This document shows, piece after piece, positions 1-10,767 of a DNA stretch of 64,000 nt. Every line of letters starts with the position of its first letter. Position 1 is the first letter of the stretch. Origin of the DNA: an uncultured Acidobacteriota bacterium (lineage in GTDB: Bacteria; Acidobacteriota; Vicinamibacteria; Vicinamibacterales; 2-12-FULL-66-21); the NCBI GenBank assembly GCA_963830815.1, contig CAWHNN010000004.1, forward strand, positions 34,061 through 98,060, read 5' to 3'. Both the position numbers and the translations under genes were made by a program. The notes beneath the pieces were generated by a model. It worked only from the letters and a program-made list of their open reading frames with translations, was not told the DNA's origin and did no database searches.

Positions 1-599
1 TAGCGCCTCACGTTGCGAATCGCGTCGGCGATGACGCCGACGGCGGGCCCGCGCGATTCCGCTGGCCGGGTCGCGTCCGGAGGACGCTCGGGGGCCGCCG
101 GCAGGTCAGACAAGAGCGGCGGTCTGGCAGCCTCGTTGTCGGCGGTCTGCGATTGCGGCGGCGGGGGCGCCGACGGTTTCGGCGGCAGATTCGTCGGCGG
201 CGCCTCCATCCGCTCGGGCGAGTTCCCGCGGGCAAACGGCAGCGGATTGGTCGGATTCGGCGCCCGCTCCCTCGTCTGGGCGCGACGATCCTTATCGGAC
301 AAATCCGCGCGCGGCGACACGCGGGGTGTCGTCATATCGAGCCGCGGCTGCACGAAGACGAATCGTGCCCGCTCGCGCTCCCGTTCCTTCTGCTTCTCGA
401 CTTCGACTCGTGCCTGCTCTTCGATCGCCTTCTGGCGCTCCTCCATGATCTTCTGCACGAAGGGCAGGCGCGGCCCGAGGAGGATCGCGATCAGGATGAA
501 GGCATGGAGGTTGATGACAATCAGAACCACTTCGCGACGCGAAAGGGGCTGCGGAATCCGGGGAGTGTCCGGACGATTGTCGTCGAAGTTGAAGTACAT
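1..599 (-). CDS. TonB-like Pro-rich membrane-anchored protein, 3' end runs off the window
   Basis: Own translation from ATG at 599 (not in ORF track): MYFNFDDNRPDTP..., one TM helix (VVLIVINLHAFILIAILL), charged coil, Pro-rich linker, open through position 3 (..GVIADAIRNVRR). C-terminal domain not visible. Confidence 0.55.
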   Translation of the reverse strand, partial: MYFNFDDNRPDTPRIPQPLSRREVVLIVINLHAFILIAILLGPRLPFVQKIMEERQKAIEEQARVEVEKQKERERERARFVFVQPRLDMTTPRVSPRADLSDKDRRAQTRERAPNPTNPLPFARGNSPERMEAPPTNLPPKPSAPPPPQSQTADNEAARPPLLSDLPAAPERPPDATRPAESRGPAVGVIADAIRNVRR

Positions 600-621
600 C
601 AGGGACTTAGTCGATTATAGC

Positions 622-649
622 AGTTCGCTCTTCGCGGCTCGCGGTCCGC
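622..649. repeat. Heptamer tandem array, NNNTCGC type (4 units)
   Basis: agttcgc tcttcgc ggctcgc ggtccgc read directly. Confidence 0.6.
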
Positions 650-744
650 ACAATTGGCTGGTCAGGAAAGGTTTATTGGCCCTCGCAAGCTGGACCGGGA
701 TACTCGGGGCCCTGGCTGAGCGGACACACGAACAACAACACCGC

Positions 745-1460
745 TCAGCTCTTCTGAGCGATATAGAGATAGACGATGCCGAAGGTCAAAGGGACGGCTC
801 TGACGTTAGAGAAGCCCTGGGCGGCGATTATTCCCGAGAACGTGGCTGGGCTCGGAAACGTCCCAACGGACGCTGGCAAGTACGAGTAAGCGCTGGTGTG
901 CTTGGACACGAGGCGGCCGATCGCGGGAAGGACATAGCGGAAATACCACGAGGTACAGCGAACGCAGGCCTGGAATTGCCGGCTGCCCGAACTCGAGGAT
1001 GGCAAGGCGGCCGTTCGGGCGCAGCACCCTCGCAATCTCAGCCAGCGCGCGCTCCGGCTCGGCGACGTTCCGAATGCCGAACGCGATCGTCGTCGCGTCG
1101 CACGAGGCGCTCGCCACCGGAATGCGCGTGGCGTCGCCGCGGACGAGGCGAATCGAGCGATCGAGGCCGAGTGCCGCCACCTTGCCGAGGCCCAGACGCA
1201 GCATCGCGCCGGCGAAGTCGACGCCAACCACGGACGCTCCAGGCACGCGCGCGGACGGTCGCTATCGCGAGATCGGCCGTCCCCGTGCAGAGATCCAGCA
1301 CGCACGCGCCATTGGCCAATTCCAGCGCGTCGACCGCACGATCGCGCCACCTGCGGTCGAGACCGGCGCTGAGCACGCGGTTGAGTAGGTCGTAGCGTGG
1401 CGCAATGGCATCGAACATCCCGGAGATGAGGGACGGCGACTTGTCTGGGGCCGAAGGCAT
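745..1460 (-). CDS. menG: Demethylmenaquinone methyltransferase (MenG/UbiE), split by indels
   Basis: MFDAIAPRYDLLNRVLSAGLDRRWR, VLDLCTGTADLA, IAFGIRNV, RVLRPNGRLAILEF, AYSYLPASV across three ORF fragments. Confidence 0.9.
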
Positions 1461-1467
1461 GGCGTCC

Positions 1468-2070
1468 CTACCCTTCCCACTTCGGATAGAGATCGTGCTT
1501 GAAGCCGAGCGCCGAAAGGATCTTTCCAGCCATGAAGTCGGCCAGATCGTTCAGCGTCTTCGGCATCTGGTAAAAGGCGGGCATGGCCGGCATCATCATC
1601 GCGCCGGCTTCGGCGCACAGCACCATGTTGCGAAGCTGCGGCAGGCTCATCGGCGTCTCCCGAGGGACGATGATCAAGAGATGCCGCTCCTTGAGCATGA
1701 CGTCCGCCGCACGCTCGACCAGGTTACGCGATAGCCCGTGCGCCACGCCGGCCAGCGTCTTCATCGAGCACGGGACAATCACCATCGCGTCGCAGTCCTG
1801 GCTGCCACTCGCAATCTTCGCACCCAGATCCTTGTTGCTGTGCAACGTGTACGTCCCCTTGCGCACAGCATCGCCGTAGGTCGCCGCCAGGTAGTCAGTC
1901 AGCTTGTCCACGGCTGCGCCGTCGCCGAGCTCGTCACGCAAAAGACGGCGGCCGTAATCGGAGATCACCAGCTCGACGTGACACTCGCGTTCGAGGAGCG
2001 CCGCCAGCGTGCGAGTCGCATAAGCGGCCCCGCTCGCGCCGGTGATCGCAAGGACGATGCTTCGCGTCAT
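1468..2070 (-). CDS. ubiX: Flavin prenyltransferase UbiX
   Basis: ITGASGA, IASGS, PCSMKTLA, RAADVMLKE, PRETP motifs; intact ORF. Confidence 0.95.
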   Translation of the reverse strand: MTRSIVLAITGASGAAYATRTLAALLERECHVELVISDYGRRLLRDELGDGAAVDKLTDYLAATYGDAVRKGTYTLHSNKDLGAKIASGSQDCDAMVIVPCSMKTLAGVAHGLSRNLVERAADVMLKERHLLIIVPRETPMSLPQLRNMVLCAEAGAMMMPAMPAFYQMPKTLNDLADFMAGKILSALGFKHDLYPKWEG

Positions 2071-2115
2071 GTCTGTGGGCTTGAAGAGTTGTCCGAGTTG
2101 ACGAGGATCGCCGGT

Positions 2116-2982
2116 CTAGCGAACGTACACGGCCAGCGCAGTGGTCAGCAGATAGAACACGCCGACATATCCATTCAAGTCAAAGGCACGCTTGACTTGT
2201 GACAAGTCGTCCTCGCTGACCATCGACTGCTCCCAGATGAGGAGCAAGGCCACGCCGACGACGCCGCCAAGATAGATCCAGCCAAGGTCCGTCACGGCGG
2301 CGAGCGCAGCGAGGCACAGGATCGTCAGCACGTGCATGGCCCTCGAGATGAACAGCGCGCGCCTCAGGCCGAACCGCACGGGAATCGAGCGCAAGCCGTG
2401 GGCTCGATCGAACTCGAGATCCTGGCACGCGTAGAGGACGTCGAAGCCTCCGACCCATGTTCCGATGGCCATCCCGAGGAGCCACGGCTCCCACCCTCCG
2501 CGCCCTCCGGCTGCGAGCCATCCGCCAACAGGCGCCACGGCCATCGCCAGGCCGAGAAAGAGCTGGGTGTAACTCGTGAAGCGCTTCGCCACCGAGTACC
2601 AGAACACAATGGCCAGCGCCACTGGCGACAACGCGAAACAAAGCGGGCCGAGCTTCCACGCCGCGAACACGAACAGCAGCGAAGACACGACGACGAAGAG
2701 CGTCGCTTCGAGCGTAGTCATCGCGCCACGCGGCAGCTCGCGAGAAGCCGTGCGTGGATTGAGGGCATCGTACTTCGCGTCAACGAGGCGATTGAAGCCC
2801 ATCGCCGCGCTCCGCGCCGCGACCATCGCGGCGACGATCCAGAGCAGCCGCCAGGCAACAGTCGACATCGTCCAGCCGGCGGTGCGATGCAGGGCGAGGA
2901 GCGCGCCGGTCAAGGCGAACGGCAGCGCGAAGACGCTGTGGCTGATGCGGACGAAAGAAGAATAAGTGGCTACGCGGTTCAC
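2116..2982 (-). CDS. ubiA: UbiA-family polyprenyltransferase (MqnP-type)
   Basis: HSVFALPFA, AMGFNRLVDAKYDALNPRT, YACQDLEFDR; multiple TM helices; located in the mqn cluster. Confidence 0.9.
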   Translation of the reverse strand: MNRVATYSSFVRISHSVFALPFALTGALLALHRTAGWTMSTVAWRLLWIVAAMVAARSAAMGFNRLVDAKYDALNPRTASRELPRGAMTTLEATLFVVVSSLLFVFAAWKLGPLCFALSPVALAIVFWYSVAKRFTSYTQLFLGLAMAVAPVGGWLAAGGRGGWEPWLLGMAIGTWVGGFDVLYACQDLEFDRAHGLRSIPVRFGLRRALFISRAMHVLTILCLAALAAVTDLGWIYLGGVVGVALLLIWEQSMVSEDDLSQVKRAFDLNGYVGVFYLLTTALAVYVR

Positions 2983-3001
2983 GGTTCAGGGTTCGGGTTC
3001 A
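2975..3001. repeat. GGTTCAG-type heptamer array filling the deaminase-ubiA spacer
   Basis: cggttca cggttca gggttc gggttca; overlaps the upstream TGA and the downstream GTG start. Confidence 0.7.
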
Positions 3002-4236
3002 CTGTGGCAGCCAGCGGATGTCGTCTGCATCCACGCCGCTCACCAGGTATTCTTCCACATCGACGATATCCGCCGGAATTCGCACGGCGAGGAGGTCCGC
3101 GCGCTTGCCAGGTTCGATAGTGCCCAGATCCCTGCCAAAGCCGAGGGCCTCGGCGCCGCGGCGGGTCGCACTCTCGAGCAACTTCGCCGCGGGGACCGCC
3201 GACACGGCCCGGGCGGCCGCCAGTTCCGCGAACATATTCAGGTCGGCGACGCTGGCCAGGCTGTCGGTCCCGAACGCTACGGCGGCTCCCGACTCGTAGA
3301 AAGAATCGAGAGGGGGATCGCCTGCGCCCACCCAGCGGTTGCTGCGCGGACAGCTGACGAGCACGCAGCCTCGTCCGGCGAGGCGCTTCAGAGCTGACGG
3401 CGTCAGCTGTGCGCAGTGAACCGTCAGGAGACCGGGCCGGAGCACGCCCAGGCTGTCGAGATAGTCGACAGGATCCTGGCCCGGAATCGTCCAGGCGTCA
3501 TTCCACGCGCCCAGGTGCTTGAGCGTCTCGGCGATCCCGCCGCGCCCGGTCATCAGGAACTCGACTTCTTCCGGCGATTCGCCCAGATGCACGGACGAGG
3601 GAAGGCCGTGCGCCGAAGCGGCATCCGCCACGGCGCGGAAGAGATCCGGCGAGACCGAGTACGGCGCATGCGGCGCCAGGCCAGCCTTGACCGGCATACG
3701 GACCGCGCCCAGGACCGCCTTGACGCCTTCGTCGGCACGTACGCGCGCGTCATCGTGTCCAAGACGAAAACCAATCAACTCGTGAAACATGACCGACGGC
3801 ATCGCCGCATCAGCCAGCACATCGATCGCCACGAATGAATTGCCGATGTCACCAATCGCCACCGTGCCAGTGGCGCGAGCGCTGGCAAGCGCACGCCCGG
3901 CAGCCCGCCGCTGCTCGTCCACTCCCGGCAGCTCTGAACGGCGGAGGGCCATCAACTCGCGGATCCACCCGCCCATCGAGTCAGATGGCGGCACGCGTCC
4001 AGCCATCCAGGACAACTCGAGATGCGTATGAGCGTTGACGAGACCCGGGAGGATGGCGAATGTTTCGCCGCTCGCGGCTGGCGGTTCCCGTTCGCGCTTT
4101 CAGTTCCAGTGTCTGGGGGACGCTCAGCGGCCGTACCCACGGCAACGATTCGTCCGCGATCGACTTCGACCCAGCCGTTGCGGATTGGCGGCGCATCGAT
4201 GGGCAGAACCCACGCGGCGCGGTGAACGCAGGACAT
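2999..4236 (-). CDS. Amidohydrolase, probable aminodeoxyfutalosine deaminase (indel near 4070)
   Basis: PGLVNAHTHLELS, APHAPYSVS, VHLGES, CPRSN, GTDSLAS; lies between mqnC and ubiA. Confidence 0.8.
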
Positions 4237-4257
4237 ACTGGCGGTGGATTAGTCAGT

Positions 4258-5465
4258 CTAGCGTTCGGTGAGGCGGGCTTTCTTTTCCGCTGCGCTGCGC
4301 GCCGGGTAGTTGACGACTTCGGGGCCCGGCTGGTGTCGCCGTCAGCACGAGCCACGGCCAGCTCCAGCATGCGCGGCACGGCGCGCTCGCGGAAGATCGG
4401 ATCGCCAAGGATTTCGTAGTGCATGTTGCGGCGCCTGGCGACGAACCCGGCATTCTCGATGTTGCGCACGATCTCGATCTCGTCCATGCAGTATGCCGCG
4501 CCGGCCGCCCGCACGACGTTTTCTTCGATCATCACGCTGCCCATGTCGTTGGACCCGTAGGCGAGGCTCAGCTGCCCAACCTTACCGCCCTGGGTCACCC
4601 ATGAGGCCTGAAGATTCTCGAAATTGTCGAGAACCAGACGCGCGATGGCGAGCGTTCGCAGGTAGTCGATGCCCGTGGCTTCCTCGCCGCCGAGCTCGGT
4701 GTGGTCGGGCTGATAACTCCACGTGATGAACGCGGTGAAGCCGCCGGTGACGTCCTGGAGCTCCCGCAACCGGAACAGGTGCTCGAGCCGCTCTTCCGCG
4801 GTTTCCACCGTGCCATACATCATCGTCGCCGTCGTCCGCAGGCCCAACTCGTGCGCGTGGCGCATCACGCCGAGCCATTCGTCGGCACTCGCCTTGTTGT
4901 AGCAGTTCAGCAGCTTGCGGACGCGATCGACGAGAATCTCGGCGCCACCGCCGGGGATGCTGTCGAGTCCGGCCTGGATCAACCGCTCGATCGCCTGCGG
5001 TACCGGTATCCGTGACAAGCGCGAGATGTGCAGCACTTCAGGCGGCGAAAGTGCGTGCAGCCGGAACGCCGGATACCGTTCCTTTACCGCACGGAACAGA
5101 TCCTCGTACCACTCGATCGGCAGATCCGGGTTGTGCCCGCCCTGCAGCAGCAGCTGTCCGCCGCCGAGCGAAATCGTCTCGTCGATCTTCCTGAAAATCT
5201 CAGCAAAGCCGAGCACGTACCCTTCCGACGAGCCAACCGGCCGATAGAACGCGCAGAAGTTGCAGCGCGCCGTGCACACGTTCGTGTAGTTGACGTTGCG
5301 ATCGATGATGTAGGTGACGATGCCTTCGGGATGCTTGCGGGCGCGAACCTCGTCGGCGAGCTGTCCCAGGAGAGCTGTCGGCGCGGTCTGATACATCACC
5401 AGCGCTTCGGCTCGATCGAGCCGTCCGCCGCCACGAACTTTTGCCGCAAGGCTGTCGAGGGTCAT
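4258..5465 (-). CDS. mqnC: Cyclic dehypoxanthinyl futalosine synthase (radical SAM)
   Basis: DRNVNYTNVCTARCNFCAF (CX3CX2C), LLLQGGHNP, SIPGGGAEIL, QASWVTQG, GSVMIEENVV; indel near 4320, alternative frame stops at TAG 4258. Confidence 0.92.
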
Positions 5466-6265
5466 CAGCAAGGAACGCCACACGGCCGCGGCGACACGTA
5501 GCGATGAGCGACGCCGTGCCTGGCCGCCAACTCGTAATAGCGCCGCAAACCGGCCGCTGCCCGGTCATCGAGCACGTACTTGATATTGTCTCTCAAGTAG
5601 GCGCGGCAGAGCTCCGACCTTTCAGGACCGCAGTACGCGTCGGCAATGGCGTCGGAGGCCGCCACGCCGGCGTCACGAGCCGTCGTCAGCGCCCGTAGCG
5701 CGGTCTCCGACAAGACGCCTGGCCGTCCGGCCCAGAACGCCCAGACGAACGGCAACCCGGTCATCGCGGTCCACTCGTCGCCGAGGTCGATCTTGTTCAA
5801 TCCGGCCGCACGATGATCGAGATAAAGAGCAGGATCGCCGATGACGAGCGCCCCATCGCACCGCTCCAGCATCGGGCCGAAGGCCGGGGGCATGGGAACG
5901 AACTCCGGCGCGATGCCGAACCTCTCACGGCACAAGACGCGCAAGAGGCCCGTCGATGTCCGCGAACTGGTGTCGACGGCAATCGTGCGCAGCTCGTCGA
6001 GCGGCTTGGCGCTGAAGAGAGCGACCGACGCCACCGGGCCCTCGGAAATGATGCCCATGCCGCCGACGATCAGGTATGGGCTGGTGCCGCGGTGAAACTC
6101 GATGGACGGAATCATGCCGACGTCGATCGCGCTCTCGTGCAATAGCGACGCGCATCGCGACGGTGGATCGAACTGCAGCGTAAAGAGGTCGCTGCGACCA
6201 TCCAACCCATGAACCAGCGGCCGTGCGTTGAGGTACGCGACCGCGCCAAGCCGGATCGCCGACAT
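5465..6265 (-). CDS. mqnA: Chorismate dehydratase
   Basis: LGAVAYLNARPL, GPVASVALFS, SSRTS, LVIGDPAL, DLGDEWTAMTGLPFVWAFW. Confidence 0.92.
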   Translation of the reverse strand: MSAIRLGAVAYLNARPLVHGLDGRSDLFTLQFDPPSRCASLLHESAIDVGMIPSIEFHRGTSPYLIVGGMGIISEGPVASVALFSAKPLDELRTIAVDTSSRTSTGLLRVLCRERFGIAPEFVPMPPAFGPMLERCDGALVIGDPALYLDHRAAGLNKIDLGDEWTAMTGLPFVWAFWAGRPGVLSETALRALTTARDAGVAASDAIADAYCGPERSELCRAYLRDNIKYVLDDRAAAGLRRYYELAARHGVAHRYVSPRPCGVPC

Positions 6266-7108
6266 CAGCCGAGCAACCGGAAACGGCCGTCACGTTCCGC
6301 CGCTTCCAGTCCTGCCGCGCGAATGTTGCCTTTGATCTCCTCGATCGGGCTGCGCCGTGTCCCGAGAACACCCGGATCGACAGCAGCAACGCCGTCGATG
6401 TCGTCCGCGCCAACAGTCAGCGCGACCTGCGCGAGTTTGGGACCGTACAACGGCCAGTCGACTTGAATCGAGTCGATGTTGCTGACGATCAGGCGCGCGA
6501 GCGAGATCTGCTTCAGATCGTCATAGCCAGTCGTCGGCGCCGTCACCGACATCGTCCTCGGGAGAGGCGCGAAGGCGCGAAATCCACCGACCGCCGCCTG
6601 CAGGTCCCGCGCACGCTCCACCGATGTGATGCGCGACTCCTCGCTCAGCGTGTCAATCGTGAGCCGCCACACGCCGAGCCCCGCGTCGCGGGCCGCACGT
6701 ACCGCCGGCGCCGCTTGACTGAGCCGATCGAGCGGCGTTTCCGCGATGGCTTCGAGTCCGGCGTCGTGCAGCCGGCTGCAGAGCGCGGCCAGCGCATCGG
6801 CATCTGGCGCGATGTCGTGCAGGTCCGCAAGGGAAAATCCTGAGACCGGCGTTTTGTCCGCTATCGCTGCAGCGGCTTTGACCGCAGCGAGTCGCCGCCG
6901 CTTCGTTCTCAGGACGACCGACGATACGAATCTCGCCCGCGGCGAAGTTCTCCGGCCGTGCGTGAACGGGGGCGCCAACATGTATTTCGAACACACGCAC
7001 GAAGGTCGTGCGCGCGCCGTGCATCCGGCGGCGAACGTCGTCGCCCTGAACGCCGACGGCAATCAGGTCGCGTGTCGTGAGGATGGCTTCTGGATTGATG
7101 GTGGTCAT
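6265..7108 (-). CDS. Degenerate MqnE/CofH-like radical-SAM-fold protein lacking the Fe-S motif (one indel near 6890)
   Basis: DLIAVGVQGDDVRRRMHG..TTFV, GEIRIVG, GGFRAFAPLP, TTGYDDLKQISLARL, SIQVDWPLYGPKLAQVALTVGADDIDG, IRAAGLEAAERDG resemble MqnE/CofH blocks; no CX3CX2C. Confidence 0.7.
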
Positions 7109-7138
7109 TTGTCGTCGGTCAGGCCCGTGCTTCAGGCT

Positions 7139-7235
7139 GCGGCTCGCGGTTCGCTTCTCGCTGTTGATTGCTCGAGCTGACGTGTGCATCAACAGCATCG
7201 TTTGCTGACTCTTGCAACCGCGAATAGCGAGCCGC
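7139..7235. repeat. Nested inverted repeat with NNNTCGC heptamer arms
   Basis: Outer arms gcggctcgcggttcgc / gcgaatagcgagccgc; inner arms gctgttgat (7160-7168) / atcaacagc (7188-7196). Confidence 0.65.
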
Positions 7236-7244
7236 CAGCAGCTG

Positions 7245-8699
7245 CTACGGCTTCCAGCCCTTGCTGATCTTCTGCCATACATCGTCGGCCTTGCGCGCGA
7301 TTTCCGGGGCGCCAGCGATCTTCTTCGGCCACGGCCGGTTGAAACCCTCGGACGGCCACTTGCGCGTCGCGTCGATGCCCATCTTGCTGCCGATGGCCTG
7401 CAGATCGCTGGCATCGTCGAGGTCATCCACCGGGCCGCGCGTGAACTGGATGTCGCGCTCGGGATCGTAGTGCGTGCCGACGATCCACGCGACTTCGGCT
7501 TCGTTCTGCACGTCGACGTCCTTGTCGACGACGATCACGGTCTTGGAGAACATCAGCTGGCCGAGCCCCCAGCAGGCGTTCATGATCTTTCGCGCGTGGC
7601 CCGGATAGCGCTTGTCGATCGAGATGATGACGATGTTGTGGAAGATGCCAGCCGCGGGAAAGTGCATGTCGACGATCTCGGGGACCGTCTTCTTGATGAG
7701 CGGCAGGAAAATTCGCTCGCTGGCCTTCCCCAGGTAGTAGTCCTCCATCGGCGGGATGCCGACGACCGTCGTCAAATACACGGGCCGCTTGCGCCTCGTG
7801 ATGCAGGTCACGTGAAAGACCGGATAGTCGCCGGGATGCGAGTAGAAGCCCGTGTGATCGCCGAAGGGGCCTTCGCGACGGCGCTCCCCAGGTTCGACAT
7901 AGCCCTCGAGCACGATCTGAGCGTTCGCGGGCACCTCGAGATCGACCGTCACGCACTTGACCATCTCGACGCGCTCGCGGCGCAGAAATCCGGCGAGCAG
8001 CAGCTCATCGAGCCCTTCGGGCATCGGCGCCGTGGCCGAGTACGCCAACGCCGGGTCGGTCCCGAGCGCTACCGCGACGGGCAGCCGCTGCTTCATTCGC
8101 TCGGCAATGCGATAGTGCTGCGCGCCGCCCTTGTGCTGCTGCCAGTGCATGCCGGTCGAACGGCCATCGAACACCTGCATGCGGTAGGTGCCGATGTTGC
8201 GCATGCCGGTTTCGGGGTCCTTCGTGAAGACCAGGGGCAGCGTGATGTAGCGGCCGCCATCGTCGGGCCAGCATTTGAGGATTGGCAGCGAGTCGAGCGT
8301 GCCGTCCTTCTGCACGACCTCCTGGCACGGACCGTCGCTGACGGTCTTCGGCATGAGGTCTCGCAGCCGGTTGATCATCGGCAGCATCTTGAGCGCATCC
8401 AGGATGCCGCCGGGCATCTTCGGCGTCATGATCTCTTCGATCTCGTGCGCAAGATCGTCGAGCTTGTTGACGCCGAGCGCCATGCAGATGCGCTTCGTCG
8501 AGCCAAAGAGATTGACGCCGACAGGGATATCGAAGCCCGTCGGACGCTCGAAAATCAGCCCCGGACCACCGCCAGGTGATTTCGACGCACGGTCGGTGAC
8601 CGCCGCGATCTCGAGATCGGGGCTGACCGGATCGCTGATACGAGCGAGCTCCCGTTCCTTGTCGAGGGCGGCGATGAAGTCGTTTAAGTCCCGAAACAT
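7245..8699 (-). CDS. ubiD: UbiD-family menaquinone biosynthesis decarboxylase (MqnL-type)
   Basis: MFRDLNDFI, CWPDDGGRYITLP, NIGTYRMQ, EGPFGDHTGFY, GSKMGIDATRK. Confidence 0.93.
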   Translation of the reverse strand: MFRDLNDFIAALDKERELARISDPVSPDLEIAAVTDRASKSPGGGPGLIFERPTGFDIPVGVNLFGSTKRICMALGVNKLDDLAHEIEEIMTPKMPGGILDALKMLPMINRLRDLMPKTVSDGPCQEVVQKDGTLDSLPILKCWPDDGGRYITLPLVFTKDPETGMRNIGTYRMQVFDGRSTGMHWQQHKGGAQHYRIAERMKQRLPVAVALGTDPALAYSATAPMPEGLDELLLAGFLRRERVEMVKCVTVDLEVPANAQIVLEGYVEPGERRREGPFGDHTGFYSHPGDYPVFHVTCITRRKRPVYLTTVVGIPPMEDYYLGKASERIFLPLIKKTVPEIVDMHFPAAGIFHNIVIISIDKRYPGHARKIMNACWGLGQLMFSKTVIVVDKDVDVQNEAEVAWIVGTHYDPERDIQFTRGPVDDLDDASDLQAIGSKMGIDATRKWPSEGFNRPWPKKIAGAPEIARKADDVWQKISKGWKP

Positions 8700-8797
8700 A
8701 GCTCCAGGCACACGCTCAGCCCCTCGGACGCTGCGCGCCTCCACGAGGCGCAGCGCTCTTCAGCATCGCATTGATCACGGATCTACGCGATCGATCT

Positions 8798-9750
8798 TCA
8801 CACACTCTCCATTTTCTCAGCAATCCGCGTCGCCAGCTCGAGCGCGCGCCGGCGGCGCCATCGACCACGGGAGCGCGGCGTTCGCGGATGGCGCCGACGA
8901 AATCCGCCAGCTCGCGCCGCAGCGGCTCGTCGCGCTCGACGGGAATCGCTCCGCCTTCAATCCTCGGCTTCGTGCCGTCACGCTTGACCAGGCGCCAGCC
9001 TTCGACTTCCTGAGCGGCGTAGTCGATCGACAGATAGGCATCAGGCTGAAAGAATCGGATCTTGCGAACGCGATCCTTGCTGATGCGGCTGGCGGTGATG
9101 TTTGCGATACAACCGGACGCGAAGCGCAACCGCGCGTTGGCGATGTCGTACTTGGGCGTCAGCACCGGAACGCCAACGGCTTCGACCGACGTCACTTCCG
9201 AGCGCACCATCGACAGGATGACGTCGAGATCGTGAATCATCAGATCGAACACGACGTCGATGTCGAGGCTGCGTTCCGGGAAGACGCCGAGCCGATGCAC
9301 TTCGATGAAGCGCGGCGAAGTAACGAGCGCCATGGCCATCGCGACCGCCGGGTTGTAGCGTTCGGTATGCCCTACGGCCAGCGTGGCACCGGATGCCCTG
9401 GCGGCAGCGATGAGCTCGTCCGCTTCGACAAGCGACCGCGCCATCGGCTTTTCGACCAGCACCGAAATGCCGCGCTCGAGAAACGGCAGAGCGATGTCGC
9501 GATGCAGCTCGGTCGGCACGGCCACGCTCACCGCGTCGACTTTGTCCATGACCTCGGAGCTGTCGGTAAACGCGGCGCTGCCCGTCGTTGCGGCGATCTC
9601 CGCCGCGCGATCGGCGAGCTTGTCGACTACCGCGACGAGCTTGGCCCCGGGAAGCGTCGATAGAATCCGCGCGTGGTGCTTGCCAAGGTGGCCCACACCG
9701 ACGACAGCGACTCGAAGCGGACTGGACTCCGACACGGGCGAATCAGGCAT
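8798..9750 (-). CDS. Gfo/Idh/MocA oxidoreductase, GnnA-like (UDP-GlcNAc 3-dehydrogenase candidate)
   Basis: [42 protein letters not shown]; overlaps the lpxI stop. Confidence 0.8.
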
Positions 9751-10578
9751 GCTGTTCCTGGCGCGGACGGCCGACGATGGTAATCCTGGCCTCGTTGGCG
9801 GACGCAAAGACGTGCTGACCATCGAGCACCAGCGTTCGCCCGGCATCGACCGACAGCGCCGCCGGCGCCGGCAACGCGCATCGCCTGGATCGTCGCGATC
9901 CCGATGACCGGCACGTCGAAACGCATGTCCTGTTTCGGCTTGGCCACTTTGACTATCCGGACGCCTGGGCCGGCGAGATGCCCGGCACGGCCAATGACTT
10001 CATCGGTCCCTTCCATCGCCTCCACCGCCACCACGGCCTTGTGCTTGACCGCGATGGTCTGGCCGACGTCGAGCGCGGCAATCGCGTCAGCCATCCGATA
10101 GCCGAACTCGAAATCCTGCAGCTCCTCTGGCGTCGGCGCTCGTTGGGTCAACACGCCTTCGCCGGCAAGAAGCGGCGCGAGGAAAGCCGTCGAATCGATC
10201 AAGTCGATGCCTTCGTCACGCATCACGTCGGCCAACGCTGAGAGGAGTGCATCGGTGTTGCGCGCCTTGACGCGCGTCAAGATGGAGAGCAGCTTCGGAT
10301 CGGGAAGGATGCCCGAGAAGATCTTCACGTGCTTGACCTGTCCGGCCATCACGGCGCGAGCGACGCCGGCCGAACGCAGGATCTTTATGCACTTGCTCAA
10401 CTGGCCTAGCGACACCCAGTGCAGCTCGGCCCCGGCGCTCCGGGCCTCTGCTTCGAGCTCGGGAAAGGCCTCTTCCTTGACCGCCACCACCGTGACGTCG
10501 TGCCCGAGGCTGCGCGCCGCCCTTCAACACGAGGAATGGGAACCGGCCATTGCCGGCGATGAGGCCTATCCTGGACAT
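9743..10578 (-). CDS. lpxI: UDP-2,3-diacylglucosamine diphosphatase LpxI (two indels)
   Basis: [51 protein letters not shown]. Confidence 0.9.
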
Positions 10579-10767
10579 CTGGTGATTCGCGATGGGTCCT
10601 GCCCCACCGCCTGGCCGCCTGTTTTCCGGTTGCCGCCTGCAAAACAGGCCGAAGAGTGGGCTCGAACGTCAGTCTATCAGAAGGGCTCGGTGCCGATCCC
10701 GGATGGTCATTGGTTGTTTATGGGTACAATAGGTGGGTACGCCCGCGCCTTAGTTTTTGGAGAGAAG

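Noticed and set aside
3981..5483. 500-aa MqnC with a long C-terminal extension
   Set aside because: An indel near 4320 explains it; the alternative frame ends at TAG 4258 before the deaminase start.
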